A program made the translations under genes and the position numbers. 64,000 nucleotides of DNA from assembly GCA_038045705.1 (NCBI GenBank), contig JBBSXO010000002.1, positions 11,091 through 75,090 on the forward strand. Reading direction: 5' to 3'. This DNA comes from Nanobdellota archaeon (GTDB taxonomy: Archaea > Nanobdellota > Nanobdellia > Pacearchaeales > GW2011-AR1). Position 1 is the first letter of the stretch. Every line of letters starts with the position of its first letter. Under the pieces are notes generated by a model. The model searched no databases and was not told where the DNA came from. It was given only the letters and a program-made list of their open reading frames with translations. Positions 1 to 10,038 of this stretch are shown one piece after another.

Positions 1-3000
1 CTTTATCTTCTTATCAACCAGAGCACCAGTTATTTTTACAAGTAATCCAGGTAGTCCTGTACCTACAGGTATAGGTTGGTTAAGAATAATATTTTCGATA
101 ACAGAAGCTAAATCATCTTTCTTACCTTGTATCGTAGCATTTACAAATTGTTTATCAGGTGTCTCGAAAGCTGCTCTAGCAAATATACTTGATTTGTTTG
201 AGATAATTCCCATTCTTGTAACCCCTTTAACGAGGCCAGTATTTGTCATCGCATCAGATATTAAATCCAAGTGTCTCTCATCAATATCTAAACCTTGAGA
301 GTCAAGAACCTTTTTAATTTCAAGTAATATAGCTTCTCTAGCAGCTTCAATTCCAAGAACTTGAGCAACTTCATGAACATTGTTTGTAAAGACTTTATTT
401 TTATCAACTCCCTTAATTTCAATTACTTCTTTAAGATTACTTCCACTAGTTAGTACAACAAAGTCTTTTCCCCTATGAGCAACAACAACTTGTGATATAT
501 CTTTAACCCCTGAAATAATTGTTTTCTTTAATTTCTCTTTCATCTTATACATCTCTTTGAATCCTAATTCAGTTGTCTTCAAAATAATTGAATTATCTTT
601 TTGTTTAGCGTCAATTCCTTTTTCATTTAATCTTTCTGCAATCTTTTGGGCACCAACATGAACTCTCTTAAGAGCATCAGAATCTAGTTCTATCTCTATC
701 TTTTTTCCAGAAAAGTCCATTTTAACTTCTGAAGCAATTTCTTCAAGTTTGACTTCCTTAAGTTTTTCAGCAATGCTTCTTGCATCTTTTTCATTATTGA
801 AATCTTTATCAAGATAAATCTCCATTGCAGGAGTAGAAGGTTCTTTTCTAGCATCAAATATTTCAATTAATCTAGGAAGACCTAAAGTAACCTGCACTTC
901 AGCAACTCCAGCAGAGTGGAATACGTTCAAAACCATCTGCGTTGAAGATTCTCCAAATGATTGTGATGTTGTAACTCCAACAGATTCTCCAGCTTGTATT
1001 TTTTTACCAGTATGTAATTCAGAAACATCTCTACCATCTCCACCATATAAAAATTGAACAATATTCTGTGAAGCATCTCTAACAGTTCCATCATATTCCA
1101 CTTTCAAATCTTGAAGAGCACTTACAAGTCTTCTATACAAGTAACCAGATTTAGGGGTTCTCAAAGCTGTATCCATTAATCCATCTCTTCCAGTAATTGC
1201 TCCAAAGAAAAATTCAGTCGGTTTCAATCCTTCAAAGAATGAAGATTTAATGAATCCCTTAGCCTCTGAACCAACATCTCCTTTCTTGAAGTGAGAAGTT
1301 GTTCTCCCTGCATACCCAAAACTAATACGTTTATTCCACAAGATCTGCTGTCCAACACAACATCCAATTTGTGTAACATTAGTTGCACTACCCTTAGCTC
1401 CAGAAAGAATCATTTTACTTATGCTACTTTCACGAGAAATATTTTCCTTTACAATCTTACTTGCAGAAGATAGAACTTCGTTCAAAGCTTGAGAAATCTT
1501 AATTTCTTTAGTTTCATCAATAGTTTTACCGGGAAGCAATTCCAAGTCTCCAGATCTTGCATCTTCAGCAATCTTATTAGTTTTCTTTACAGTTTCTTCG
1601 ATAATATTATCTGTAAGTTCCTTAACTTTACCAGATACATCTAAATCACGTAAACCTATAGAGAAACCTCTTCTAGTCAAATATGAAACTCCAAGTGCAG
1701 ATGCTCTTTGAATTGTATCAAATGTAGCATCTCGCCCATGCACTTTATCAATTTGTTTTACCATAGAACCATCTTCAAGTCCTAACGTTGATTCACTTGT
1801 GATATCTTTAGGTACAGTAAGCTCATTGCCCTTAGGAAGAATACCACCAAAGACATCTATCCCACTAATATTTTTTTGTTTAACATTAAATATCACTCCA
1901 GCACTAAACAGCAACTGTTCAGCGTCAGATTTTTCAAAATTATCCTTTCCTAAAACATAATTTCCAGTAAGAGAATCAAGAGTAAGTCCAATCAAGTTCG
2001 AATTGTTTTTCGTAGACATTATATTATGTTTAATATTAAGCAAAGTTTCAGCCTCAGATCTAGCTTCTTCAGTTTGTGGAGAGTGTATGTTAACTTCATC
2101 TCCATCAAAGTCAGCGTTATATGGAAATACAACTGCAGGATGCAATCTAAATGTCTTATAAGGCAAAACTCTAACATAATGAGCCATTAAGCTCTGCTTA
2201 TGAAGTGAAGGATGTCTGTTAAACAGTACAATATCCCCATCAACCAAATGTCTTTCAACTTTATATCCAGGGACAAGTTCAGTGCAAATTTCTTCTTTTA
2301 ATTCCTCTGTGATTCTCTTTTTCTTCCCGTCAGGTCTTATAACATAATTGGCTCCCGGGTGTTGATCTCCCTTTCTCACAAGTGCCCTCATATATTCTAA
2401 GTTTGTACTTGTAACCCCCTCAGCAACAGTGATTATTTTAGCAACTTCAAAAGGAACTCCAACTTCATCAAGAGCCAAATAAGGATCAGGTGAAACTACA
2501 GTTCTTGCAGAGAAGTTAACTCTTTTACCAGCTAAGTTCTTCCTAATTCTTCCTTCTTTACCTTTAATCCTTTCAGTTATTGTCTTCAAAGGCTGTCCAG
2601 ACCTATGCCTTGCTGGAGGAATCTTAGAAATATTATTATCAAAGAATGTTGTAACATGGTATTGTAATAAGTCCCAAAGGTCTTCAATAATTACTTCAGG
2701 AGCTCCAGCATTCAAATTTTCCCACAATCTCTGATTTGCTCTTATAATATCTGAAATCTTGTGAGTCAAGTCATCTTCACTTCTTTCTCCTGTGTCAAGA
2801 GTAATAGAAGGTCTCATTGTAACACTAGGTACAAGCAACTGTGAAAGAATTGCCCACTCAGGTCTAAATGTTTTAGGATTAACTCCAATCTTTTTTATTT
2901 CTTCATCCTTAATCTTAACAAGCATCTCTCTTATTTCGTTAGGGAATAATCTTTTTTTTCCAGTATAGAAAGAAGTTGGTTTCTCTAATTTTATTTTTTC

Positions 3001-3423
3001 AGCATCAACGTTACAGAAAGGACACTTTTTCTTATCTCTAGCCTTCTTAGCTCTTTCGATAGGTGTGTATTTCTTCTGTTTATCTTCTTCCAAAGTTAAT
3101 TTTCCGCAAGAGTGACAGAAACTTCTCAAGAATAACTCAATCAAAGGAATATATTTAATATGCACAATAGGTCTAGCCAATTCAACACTACCGGGATGTC
3201 CAAGACATTCCTTAAGACGACCACCACAAGTTCTACATCTTACCCCAGGGTCAACAGCTCCAAGACGTAGATCCATAAGACCCCCATCTACAGGGAATCC
3301 ATCAATATCATAAAGTTCAGGTGTTACAATTTTAGCAGTACTTAACTTCTTAATTTGTTCTGGATTGACTAAACTAAATCTAAGTGATTTTACTTGCTTC
3401 TTTATTATTTCAGGGTTTGCCAT
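1..3423 (-). CDS. rpoA: DNA-directed RNA polymerase subunit A, with the A' and A'' regions in one continuous frame; the C-terminus lies beyond the window edge
   Basis: The minus-strand frame is open from the ATG at 3423 to nt 1. It is missing from the ORF track only because no stop falls inside the window. My translation gives MANPEIIKKQVKSLRFSLVNPEQ..., the zinc site CRTCGG, PYNADFDGDEVNIH at about 2098-2125, then ...VQFLYGGDGRDVSELHTGKKIQAGESVGVTTSQSFGESSTQMVLNVFHSAGVAEVQVTLGLPRLIEIF (about 1060-850), which is A''-type sequence. It sits directly downstream of rpoB in the canonical archaeal order. Confidence 0.9.
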   Translation of the reverse strand, partial: MANPEIIKKQVKSLRFSLVNPEQIKKLSTAKIVTPELYDIDGFPVDGGLMDLRLGAVDPGVRCRTCGGRLKECLGHPGSVELARPIVHIKYIPLIELFLRSFCHSCGKLTLEEDKQKKYTPIERAKKARDKKKCPFCNVDAEKIKLEKPTSFYTGKKRLFPNEIREMLVKIKDEEIKKIGVNPKTFRPEWAILSQLLVPSVTMRPSITLDTGERSEDDLTHKISDIIRANQRLWENLNAGAPEVIIEDLWDLLQYHVTTFFDNNISKIPPARHRSGQPLKTITERIKGKEGRIRKNLAGKRVNFSARTVVSPDPYLALDEVGVPFEVAKIITVAEGVTSTNLEYMRALVRKGDQHPGANYVIRPDGKKKRITEELKEEICTELVPGYKVERHLVDGDIVLFNRHPSLHKQSLMAHYVRVLPYKTFRLHPAVVFPYNADFDGDEVNIHSPQTEEARSEAETLLNIKHNIMSTKNNSNLIGLTLDSLTGNYVLGKDNFEKSDAEQLLFSAGVIFNVKQKNISGIDVFGGILPKGNELTVPKDITSESTLGLEDGSMVKQIDKVHGRDATFDTIQRASALGVSYLTRRGFSIGLRDLDVSGKVKELTDNIIEETVKKTNKIAEDARSGDLELLPGKTIDETKEIKISQALNEVLSSASKIVKENISRESSISKMILSGAKGSATNVTQIGCCVGQQILWNKRISFGYAGRTTSHFKKGDVGSEAKGFIKSSFFEGLKPTEFFFGAITGRDGLMDTALRTPKSGYLYRRLVSALQDLKVEYDGTVRDASQNIVQFLYGGDGRDVSELHTGKKIQAGESVGVTTSQSFGESSTQMVLNVFHSAGVAEVQVTLGLPRLIEIFDARKEPSTPAMEIYLDKDFNNEKDARSIAEKLKEVKLEEIASEVKMDFSGKKIEIELDSDALKRVHVGAQKIAERLNEKGIDAKQKDNSIILKTTELGFKEMYKMKEKLKKTIISGVKDISQVVVAHRGKDFVVLTSGSNLKEVIEIKGVDKNKVFTNNVHEVAQVLGIEAAREAILLEIKKVLDSQGLDIDERHLDLISDAMTNTGLVKGVTRMGIISNKSSIFARAAFETPDKQFVNATIQGKKDDLASVIENIILNQPIPVGTGLPGLLVKITGALVDKKIK

Positions 3424-3424
3424 T

Positions 3425-6400
3425 TTATTGTTCGTATTTGTTTTTTAGTTCAAATGAAGTTAATATATGTAATCCTAGTAATTCTTCAACTAGAAGTTTG
3501 AAAGCGTAAGCAACTTCAATAGGTTCAATGTCATTTCCTCCACAGATAGGACAGTAAGTCTTGTTTCTAATTCCATCCTTAACCCCAATATTTCCACAAG
3601 ATGAACAAATGTAAATGGTAGTTTTATCAGAATCATATCTTTCTTTCAATAACAATGAAGCTCCATGCGCAACCAGTGCTTGTTGTTCCATTTCTCCAAG
3701 TCTTAATGCTCCACCTCTAGCTCTTCCTTCAACTGGCTGACGAGTCAACAATGTAACTTTACCAGAAGCACGAGCCTGTAATTTGTTTTTTACCATATGA
3801 ACAAGTTTTAAGTAATACATATTACCAACATAAATTCTTGCATCCATTTTTCTTCCTGTAACTCCATCATACATTTCTTCTTTTCCATCAAAACTAAAGC
3901 CCATATGTGTCAATTGTTTTTCCAAATCTTCAACCTTAGCACCTGTGAAAGGCGTGCCATCAATGAATCTTCCAGTAATTGCTCCAACTTTTCCAGCAAG
4001 AACTTCAATCATATACCCAACAGTCATTCTAGAAGGAATACCATGAGGATTGAAAATTAAGTCAGGTTTAACTCCCTTTGATGTGAATGGGATATCTTTC
4101 GGATCAGCCAATAAACCAACTACACCTTTCTGTCCATGAGGTGTAGAAAATTTGTCTCCCGGTTCAGGTAGTCTATGATCTCTTATTCTTACTCTCGCAA
4201 TTTTATTTCCTTCACTATCAGTTGTTATAAATACGCTGTCAACAATTCCTGATTCTCCTTGTTTAATCGCAACACTCCCTTCTTTCTTTGATTGTATACT
4301 TAAGTTCCTTGCTTCAGAAAGGAATTTAGGAGGCGTAGTTCTACCAATAATAACTTCAGATGCAGACAATTGAGCTTCAGGGTAAACAATTCCATCATCT
4401 TCAAGCAATCTGTAAGATGTTTCTGTCCTATATCCAGAAACGTCCTTATCAGGAATAGTAATTTCATCTTTTAACCCACCAGCATAATTGAATTCAATAG
4501 ATTCATATGGTTTGAAATAAGTACTTCTACCCATCCCTCTTTCAACACTTGCTCTATTCAATATTGTAGCGTCTTCTAAGTTATATCCTTCATAAGGCAT
4601 AACTGCAACAACGATGTTTTGACCAGCAGGATAAAGCTTCAAAGTGTCAAAAACGAAACTCTTTACAAGAGGATTTTGTGGATAATGTAATATAGAAGAA
4701 TTAGTATCCATTCTAACTAAATAGTTAGCAGCATAAATTCCAAGGCTTTGACGTAAAGTTTTACTCCCTCTTAACAAACGTGAAGCCTGGTCATGATTTG
4801 CGAAAGGTACAAGTGAAGTTACTAAACCAAATATAGCTACAGGGTCAATCTCCAAATGAGTATGTTTATCAGTTACACCTTCAAGTGTCTGAGCAACAAA
4901 TGCATCTTCTTCTTCAGCAGCATCAATGTATTCTAAAACTCCCTCTTTCAATAACTCGCGCCAATTTAGCGAGCCTTGTTCAAGCAAAACTAAATGTTCA
5001 TCTTTAAGCCTACTAGCGCCATGTTCGACGACTATCAAAGGTCTTAAAACTCTTCCAACTTCAGTAGAAATTATGACTGTCTTTGCTGGACTATCACTAG
5101 TGATACTTAATTCAATAGGGAAATGTCCCTTTCTTCTTTCCTTTCTAACTGCATTTACAAATAATTCTACATCCTTAGACATTCCAATATATTTACCATT
5201 AAAGAATACATCTTTACCATCTTCTTCATTCAATCCAAGAGATTGTATTTGTTTAACAAGATTTTTTTCATCAATATCAACAGCATTAGAAATCTTAGAT
5301 AATATAGCAAGATTTTTTCTCAAACCAATTTCAGTTCCTTCTGGTGTCTCAGTAGGACAGAATCTTCCATAGTGAGTAGGATGCAGTGTTCTTGCTAAAA
5401 AGTTCTCTTGCTCATCAGGTAACATTGAAGAAACTCTTTGAAGAGAAGATAACATGTCAAGATAATTGTTCTTAGACATATTCTGAGTAACACCACTTCT
5501 CTCTCCAATCCAAGCACCTGTAGCAATAGCACTTTCAACTCTGTGTGTAAATAATGTAGACTTAGCAACAGTTTTTACTGAATAGAATTTCTTTCTTTTT
5601 GCAACTTTTTGTAATGTATACTGAATATCCTTCACAAGTATATTCATATTAACTCTAAACAAATCAGCAAGTAAGTCTCCAGAAAGCTTTATCCTCTTAT
5701 TAGCATAATGGTCTTTGTCTGTTCTAAGATTATCATCTTGTTTTGCCTGTAAAAACTGCTTAAGCATCTTGCACAAGTTAATTGCCTTTTCAATCCTGTA
5801 TTCTTTTGTTAAACCAATATGGGGTATAAAGTAAGAATCAACTCTTTGTTTTACTCTATCAAGGATCTCTTTTTCAGTTCCTTGTATTCCCGAAAGTTCA
5901 GCAACTATCATAAAGGCATCTTTAGACTGTTGTATCTTAGCATATTCATATAAATTAACAATAACTGAATCATCTTGTCTACCAATATACTTAGCAATTT
6001 CAGCTTCAGTTAATACACCTAGTGCTTTAATCATGACAATAGCTGGGATATTCTTCAATCTTGAGAATGTAACCTCAAGAATTCCCTCTGCAGTTTCAGA
6101 AATTGTTGTGGGTATTCTATAAGGTCCCCTTTGAGAAAACATACGCAATGTTAATCCGCGTCTTCCCTCTTCAATAAATGGCTGATTAGGTGCAAGATCC
6201 TCTGCCATAACAATTACTCTTTCATTTCCATTAACTATAAAATATCCTCCAGGGTCAAGAGGATCCATTAAAGATTCTCTTAATTCATCTTTAGACATAC
6301 CATGGGTATTACATGTATCACTCTTTACAATAACTGGTATTCTTCCAATTTCAACTTCAGCACTGTCAGAATTATCTCCAAAATTAACCGTAATTTCAAC

Positions 6401-6676
6401 ATAAATAGGCGCAGAATATGTAATTCTTCTTAACCTCGCTTCGGTTGGTGTTATCAACGAAATACTACCATCAGATTCAGTTACATTTGGTTTTCCAATT
6501 CTTATCTTTCCAAATTTTATCTTAACTTCCTCTTGAGGGATGGTATCATTTAATTCATAAACTATCTGTTGCATTCTCCTTGAAACAAAATCATTAAAGC
6601 TTCTTATACTTGATTCCACTAACGAATGCTGTTGCAAATATTTCTTAATCAAAATATGCTTATCAGTTACGGTCAT
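3425..6676 (-). CDS. rpoB: DNA-directed RNA polymerase subunit B (unsplit, 1083 aa)
   Basis: Full-length ORF with typical Rpo2 motifs (GYFIVNGNERV, GEMEQQALVAHGA, C-terminal zinc ribbon CSSCG...CPICG). It overlaps rpoH by 4 nt and ends 1 nt before the rpoA start. Confidence 0.95.
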   Translation of the reverse strand: MTVTDKHILIKKYLQQHSLVESSIRSFNDFVSRRMQQIVYELNDTIPQEEVKIKFGKIRIGKPNVTESDGSISLITPTEARLRRITYSAPIYVEITVNFGDNSDSAEVEIGRIPVIVKSDTCNTHGMSKDELRESLMDPLDPGGYFIVNGNERVIVMAEDLAPNQPFIEEGRRGLTLRMFSQRGPYRIPTTISETAEGILEVTFSRLKNIPAIVMIKALGVLTEAEIAKYIGRQDDSVIVNLYEYAKIQQSKDAFMIVAELSGIQGTEKEILDRVKQRVDSYFIPHIGLTKEYRIEKAINLCKMLKQFLQAKQDDNLRTDKDHYANKRIKLSGDLLADLFRVNMNILVKDIQYTLQKVAKRKKFYSVKTVAKSTLFTHRVESAIATGAWIGERSGVTQNMSKNNYLDMLSSLQRVSSMLPDEQENFLARTLHPTHYGRFCPTETPEGTEIGLRKNLAILSKISNAVDIDEKNLVKQIQSLGLNEEDGKDVFFNGKYIGMSKDVELFVNAVRKERRKGHFPIELSITSDSPAKTVIISTEVGRVLRPLIVVEHGASRLKDEHLVLLEQGSLNWRELLKEGVLEYIDAAEEEDAFVAQTLEGVTDKHTHLEIDPVAIFGLVTSLVPFANHDQASRLLRGSKTLRQSLGIYAANYLVRMDTNSSILHYPQNPLVKSFVFDTLKLYPAGQNIVVAVMPYEGYNLEDATILNRASVERGMGRSTYFKPYESIEFNYAGGLKDEITIPDKDVSGYRTETSYRLLEDDGIVYPEAQLSASEVIIGRTTPPKFLSEARNLSIQSKKEGSVAIKQGESGIVDSVFITTDSEGNKIARVRIRDHRLPEPGDKFSTPHGQKGVVGLLADPKDIPFTSKGVKPDLIFNPHGIPSRMTVGYMIEVLAGKVGAITGRFIDGTPFTGAKVEDLEKQLTHMGFSFDGKEEMYDGVTGRKMDARIYVGNMYYLKLVHMVKNKLQARASGKVTLLTRQPVEGRARGGALRLGEMEQQALVAHGASLLLKERYDSDKTTIYICSSCGNIGVKDGIRNKTYCPICGGNDIEPIEVAYAFKLLVEELLGLHILTSFELKNKYEQ

Positions 6677-6900
6677 GCCACTACCCTAAAATAAACATTT
6701 ATTTTATCTCTAAACTTTCTTTCAATTTGAATAATATCTCCAGCAACGCAGTCTTGAGGCAATGCAAGATCATCAGATTTAATTCTTGGTAATTGTGATA
6801 CAGAAATGTTATACTTCTCTAGAAGTTTCTTAACCTCGTCGGATTTTAGCTTTGAATGTTTTGGTTGAAGGGCGTGCATTTTTAGTCGCAAAAGCCACAC
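6673..6900 (-). CDS. rpoH: RNA polymerase subunit H (Rpo5)
   Basis: Small ORF immediately upstream of rpoB. The sequence HALQPKHSKLKSDEVKKLLEKYNISVSQLPRIKSDD...GDIIQIER...VYFRVV matches the RpoH/Rpb5 C-domain pattern. The true start is probably the internal Met at 6879. Confidence 0.8.
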   Translation of the reverse strand: MWLLRLKMHALQPKHSKLKSDEVKKLLEKYNISVSQLPRIKSDDLALPQDCVAGDIIQIERKFRDKINVYFRVVA

Positions 6901-7058
6901 ATAAGTGATGACCTTGAAGATAAAGACAATTGTAAAAAGTGGTTTTTAAATCTTCCTATTTATCGAGATTAATAGTCTACAAACTAAATAATTATAAAAT
7001 TAGTGAAAAATATCTAAAATAACAACAGTTAAATATGGATTTTTCAGATCTTTAATGT

Positions 7059-7133
7059 GGCCTCGTAGCTCAGCCTGGTCAGAGTACCGCGCTCTTAACG
7101 CGGGTGTCGTGGGTTCAAATCCCATCGGGGCCA
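7059..7133 (+). tRNA. tRNA-Lys (anticodon CUU)
   Basis: Hand-folded cloverleaf: acceptor GGCCTCG/CGGGGCC plus discriminator A, D arm GCTC..GAGT, anticodon stem CCGCG/CGCGG with loop CTCTTAA, T arm GTGGG-TTCAAAT-CCCAT. No intron. Confidence 0.85.
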
Positions 7134-7166
7134 TAATTTTTAAACAAGTTTTATGTTATTTTTTAT

Positions 7167-7613
7167 ATGATAACATTTTCACATTCTCTAGAAGACCTAA
7201 AAGAAATAACTAGACAAAGTCTGAGGGATAAATTTCCTTTATTCGAAGAAAGTCATAAAGTAGATGCAAGCCGATTATCTTCAAATAATTTATGGATAGG
7301 ATATAGAACTAAATGGGGTAGTGCAATAGAAGTAATGGAAAATACTCATTTTGATCTAAATATAACTGCTGGAATATTTTATGGAGTAAGTTTATTTCTT
7401 GATCAAATCCAAAGAGGTAATGGCCTAGGTTGGAGATTATATGAGACAACTCACGAAGTAGCTAAAAAACTTGGATTTGAGTTTATTAGAAGAAGTCCTT
7501 CAGGGGGATTTCATAGGAGTGGCAAATTGATAGAATCAAGAAGAGATTATTTGTTAAGAAGGGGTTACATTCCAGCAGGAGAAAATCAACTAGATTTTAG
7601 ATTAATTACTTAA
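7167..7613 (+). CDS. hypothetical protein, possibly a GNAT-type acetyltransferase
   Basis: 148 aa ORF. QIQRGNGLGWRLYETTHEVAKKLGF resembles the GNAT acetyl-CoA-binding motif (Q/RxxGxG/A). This is motif-level evidence only. Confidence 0.35.
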   Translation: MITFSHSLEDLKEITRQSLRDKFPLFEESHKVDASRLSSNNLWIGYRTKWGSAIEVMENTHFDLNITAGIFYGVSLFLDQIQRGNGLGWRLYETTHEVAKKLGFEFIRRSPSGGFHRSGKLIESRRDYLLRRGYIPAGENQLDFRLIT

Positions 7614-7923
7614 TCTTTTCAGCCATCTTTACAATATCATTCTCGCTAAGAGCACCAACTCTCATATCAACAGCTTGTCCATTCTTGAAAGCAATAGTGC
7701 TCGGAATACTCATCACTCCGTAACGAATTGCAATGTCTTGAGCTCCATCAACATTAAGCTTTGCAAACTTAACTGAAGACACCTTAGTAGAGGCTTTCTC
7801 AAAAGCAGGAGCCATTATTTTACAGGGCCCACACCAATCCGCATAAAAGTCAACAATAGTTGAACCTTTAGAAATAACCGCATCAAAATTTTTAGAGTCT
7901 AAAACTTCAATATTTCCAGCCAT
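7606..7923 (-). CDS. trxA: thioredoxin
   Basis: 105 aa with the WCGPCK active site and typical thioredoxin length and sequence. Confidence 0.9.
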   Translation of the reverse strand: MAGNIEVLDSKNFDAVISKGSTIVDFYADWCGPCKIMAPAFEKASTKVSSVKFAKLNVDGAQDIAIRYGVMSIPSTIAFKNGQAVDMRVGALSENDIVKMAEKIK

Positions 7924-7955
7924 GTTATTTTTTCAGAGAGTATTGTTAATAAAGA

Positions 7956-8195
7956 TTATGGTGTGTTTTTAACAAAAACATTTTCGTTTGGATTAACACA
8001 TATCCCAGGATAAACTTGTATTATTGAACGTCCTGAAACAACACAATCATCAAAGTTACCAATAACATTTTCACCATCGTTGTTACTTCTATTATCAAAG
8101 TATTTCCCAACTTCATAACAAGCGAAAGCTCCAGCTGAATAAACAACAAGCATAATTATTGCAAGTCCAATTATTTTTATCATGTCAGCAAGCAA
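7956..8195 (-). CDS. small membrane-anchored or secreted protein
   Basis: 79 aa ORF with an N-terminal hydrophobic helix (IIGLAIIMLVVYSAGAFA). No recognisable domain. Confidence 0.4.
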   Translation of the reverse strand: MLADMIKIIGLAIIMLVVYSAGAFACYEVGKYFDNRSNNDGENVIGNFDDCVVSGRSIIQVYPGICVNPNENVFVKNTP

Positions 8196-8375
8196 TATTT
8201 TTAGTATATAAAAGAATTCTAGACTTCAAAGCTATTTGAAGCATTAAATGACTTTATTCATTTTTATATTTTGTAATAACAAAATCCTATAATCCCAACG
8301 TTTATATAGGCATTTTTGACAAATATTATAATACTAGTCACAGATAACTTCTTTATCTTTTATTAGCAATTAACA

Positions 8376-9683
8376 ATGGAAAAATTTAAGCAATTAAATC
8401 TAAGCGAAGATTTACTCGAAGCAATCCGCAGAGAAGGATTTGAAACTCCTAGTGAGATACAGGAAAAAACAATCCCTTTAGTACTAGCTGGAAAAGATGT
8501 CATTGGTTCTTCAGCAACTGGTTCAGGTAAAACTTTGGCTTTCGGAGCAGGTATTATAGATAAAGTTACAGCAGGACAAGGAATACAAGCATTAATTCTA
8601 ACACCTACAAGAGAGTTAGCAGAACAAGTTGGAAAAACAATCTATAAATTTTCCCATAGAAAAGGAATTAGAGTATCTCAAATATATGGTGGGGTATCAA
8701 TGGATCCTCAAGTGAGAGCAATTAGAAATTCAGACATTGTCGTGGGAACACCTGGAAGATTGCTAGATCATTTAGAAAGAAGAACTCTAAATCTTTCAAG
8801 AATTAAATTTTTAGTTTTAGATGAAGCAGATAGAATGTTAGATATGGGTTTTATTAGAGATGTTGAAAAAATAATAAAATCATGTCCTGCAAATAAACAA
8901 ACACTATTATTCACAGCAACACTTTCTCAAGATATCGAATATATGGCTAGAAAGTACATGAATAATCCAATACATATTGAAGCAGGAGAAAGAGTAGACC
9001 CTTCTAAATTATACCAAGTATATTATGATGTCAACCATGAACAAAAGTTTTCTCTTCTTGCTCATTTATTAAAACAAGAAAAGAACGGAGTAGTAATGGT
9101 ATTTTGTAATACTAGAAGGAACACAGACAAATTAACAAGAAACCTGTCAATACATGGAATACATGCAGAATCCATTCATGGAGGACACTCGCAAAATAGA
9201 AGGTCAAATACATTACAAGCATTTCATGAAAGAGGAATCTTAATACTTGTTTGTACAGACGTGGCTGCAAGAGGTCTGGATATTAAAGATGTTTCTCATG
9301 TATACAACTATGATATTCCAAAAACAGGATCAGAATATGTTCACAGAATAGGAAGAACAGCAAGAGCTGGAAAAAATGGAATTGCAGTTAGTTTTGTTTC
9401 AAGCGGAGACCATTCAGAATTTAGACAGATAATGAGACAAGTGGATTCTGCGATAGAAAAACAGTCAATTCCAAAATTTGAAATTTTACAGACGCAATCA
9501 AAAACACAAGATAGAGGTCACAACATAACTCATGGAAATAGAGAGAGCCGTTTTGGATCGCACAGAAAATTTGGAGGAAACTTCAGAGGGAGTAGAAATG
9601 ACAGAGATAACAGAAGTAGAGGAGACGAAAATCAAAATAATAGATATAATAAACAAAATGGGAGAAGATTTGGCAGGCGTTAG
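8376..9683 (+). CDS. DEAD-box ATP-dependent RNA helicase with an Arg/Gly/Asn-rich C-terminal tail
   Basis: Q-motif (FETPSEIQ), AxTGSGKT, PTRELA, DEAD (VLDEADRM), TAT, HRIGRTARAG, and an RG/RN-rich tail. Confidence 0.92.
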   Translation: MEKFKQLNLSEDLLEAIRREGFETPSEIQEKTIPLVLAGKDVIGSSATGSGKTLAFGAGIIDKVTAGQGIQALILTPTRELAEQVGKTIYKFSHRKGIRVSQIYGGVSMDPQVRAIRNSDIVVGTPGRLLDHLERRTLNLSRIKFLVLDEADRMLDMGFIRDVEKIIKSCPANKQTLLFTATLSQDIEYMARKYMNNPIHIEAGERVDPSKLYQVYYDVNHEQKFSLLAHLLKQEKNGVVMVFCNTRRNTDKLTRNLSIHGIHAESIHGGHSQNRRSNTLQAFHERGILILVCTDVAARGLDIKDVSHVYNYDIPKTGSEYVHRIGRTARAGKNGIAVSFVSSGDHSEFRQIMRQVDSAIEKQSIPKFEILQTQSKTQDRGHNITHGNRESRFGSHRKFGGNFRGSRNDRDNRSRGDENQNNRYNKQNGRRFGRR

Positions 9684-9725
9684 CAAATAGCGAATATTTA
9701 AATACCCACAAATAAAAACATTAAT

Positions 9726-9917
9726 ATGAAAGGCAAAATAAAGTTCTTTAACGATATCAAAGGATTTGGATTTGTTACAGGCGAAGACGGAAAAGACTAT
9801 TTCGTTCATAGCACTGGTATGACCCCTGGAACATCTTTAACAAAAGATGACGAAGTAACCTTTGAAATCGAGCAAGGCGACAAAGGTCCAAAAGCTGTTA
9901 AAGTTAAGAAAGCTTGA
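9726..9917 (+). CDS. csp: cold-shock protein (CspA family, S1-like OB fold)
   Basis: 63 aa. KGKIKFFNDIKGFGFV...DYFVH carries the RNP1/RNP2-like motifs of bacterial-type Csp. Confidence 0.9.
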   Translation: MKGKIKFFNDIKGFGFVTGEDGKDYFVHSTGMTPGTSLTKDDEVTFEIEQGDKGPKAVKVKKA

Positions 9918-10038
9918 TTAAAAATTGTTTTATAGTTCAATTTATTGACTTTTTTAATCACAAAACTCTGATGAGTTCTCTAGTGTTTTGTGAGTACAGT
10001 TGAAAATATACAACATACTAACTCCAATCTTTAAATTG

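Noticed and set aside
1291-1473. 60-aa plus-strand ORF inside the rpoA region
   Set aside because: It is antisense to a strongly supported RNA polymerase subunit A reading frame. It has low-complexity composition and no motif.
4926-5372. 148-aa plus-strand ORF
   Set aside because: It lies entirely antisense within rpoB. Such shadow ORFs are typical of AT-rich DNA.
9498-9809. 103-aa minus-strand ORF spanning the helicase tail and the csp start
   Set aside because: It is antisense to two well-supported genes and has a hydrophobic, low-complexity translation.
9968-9974. CTGATGA resembling a C box of a C/D-box sRNA
   Set aside because: No D' or D box (CTGA) lies at the required spacing of about 12 nt, and there is no C' box. 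The motif sits in the loop of a simple hairpin.
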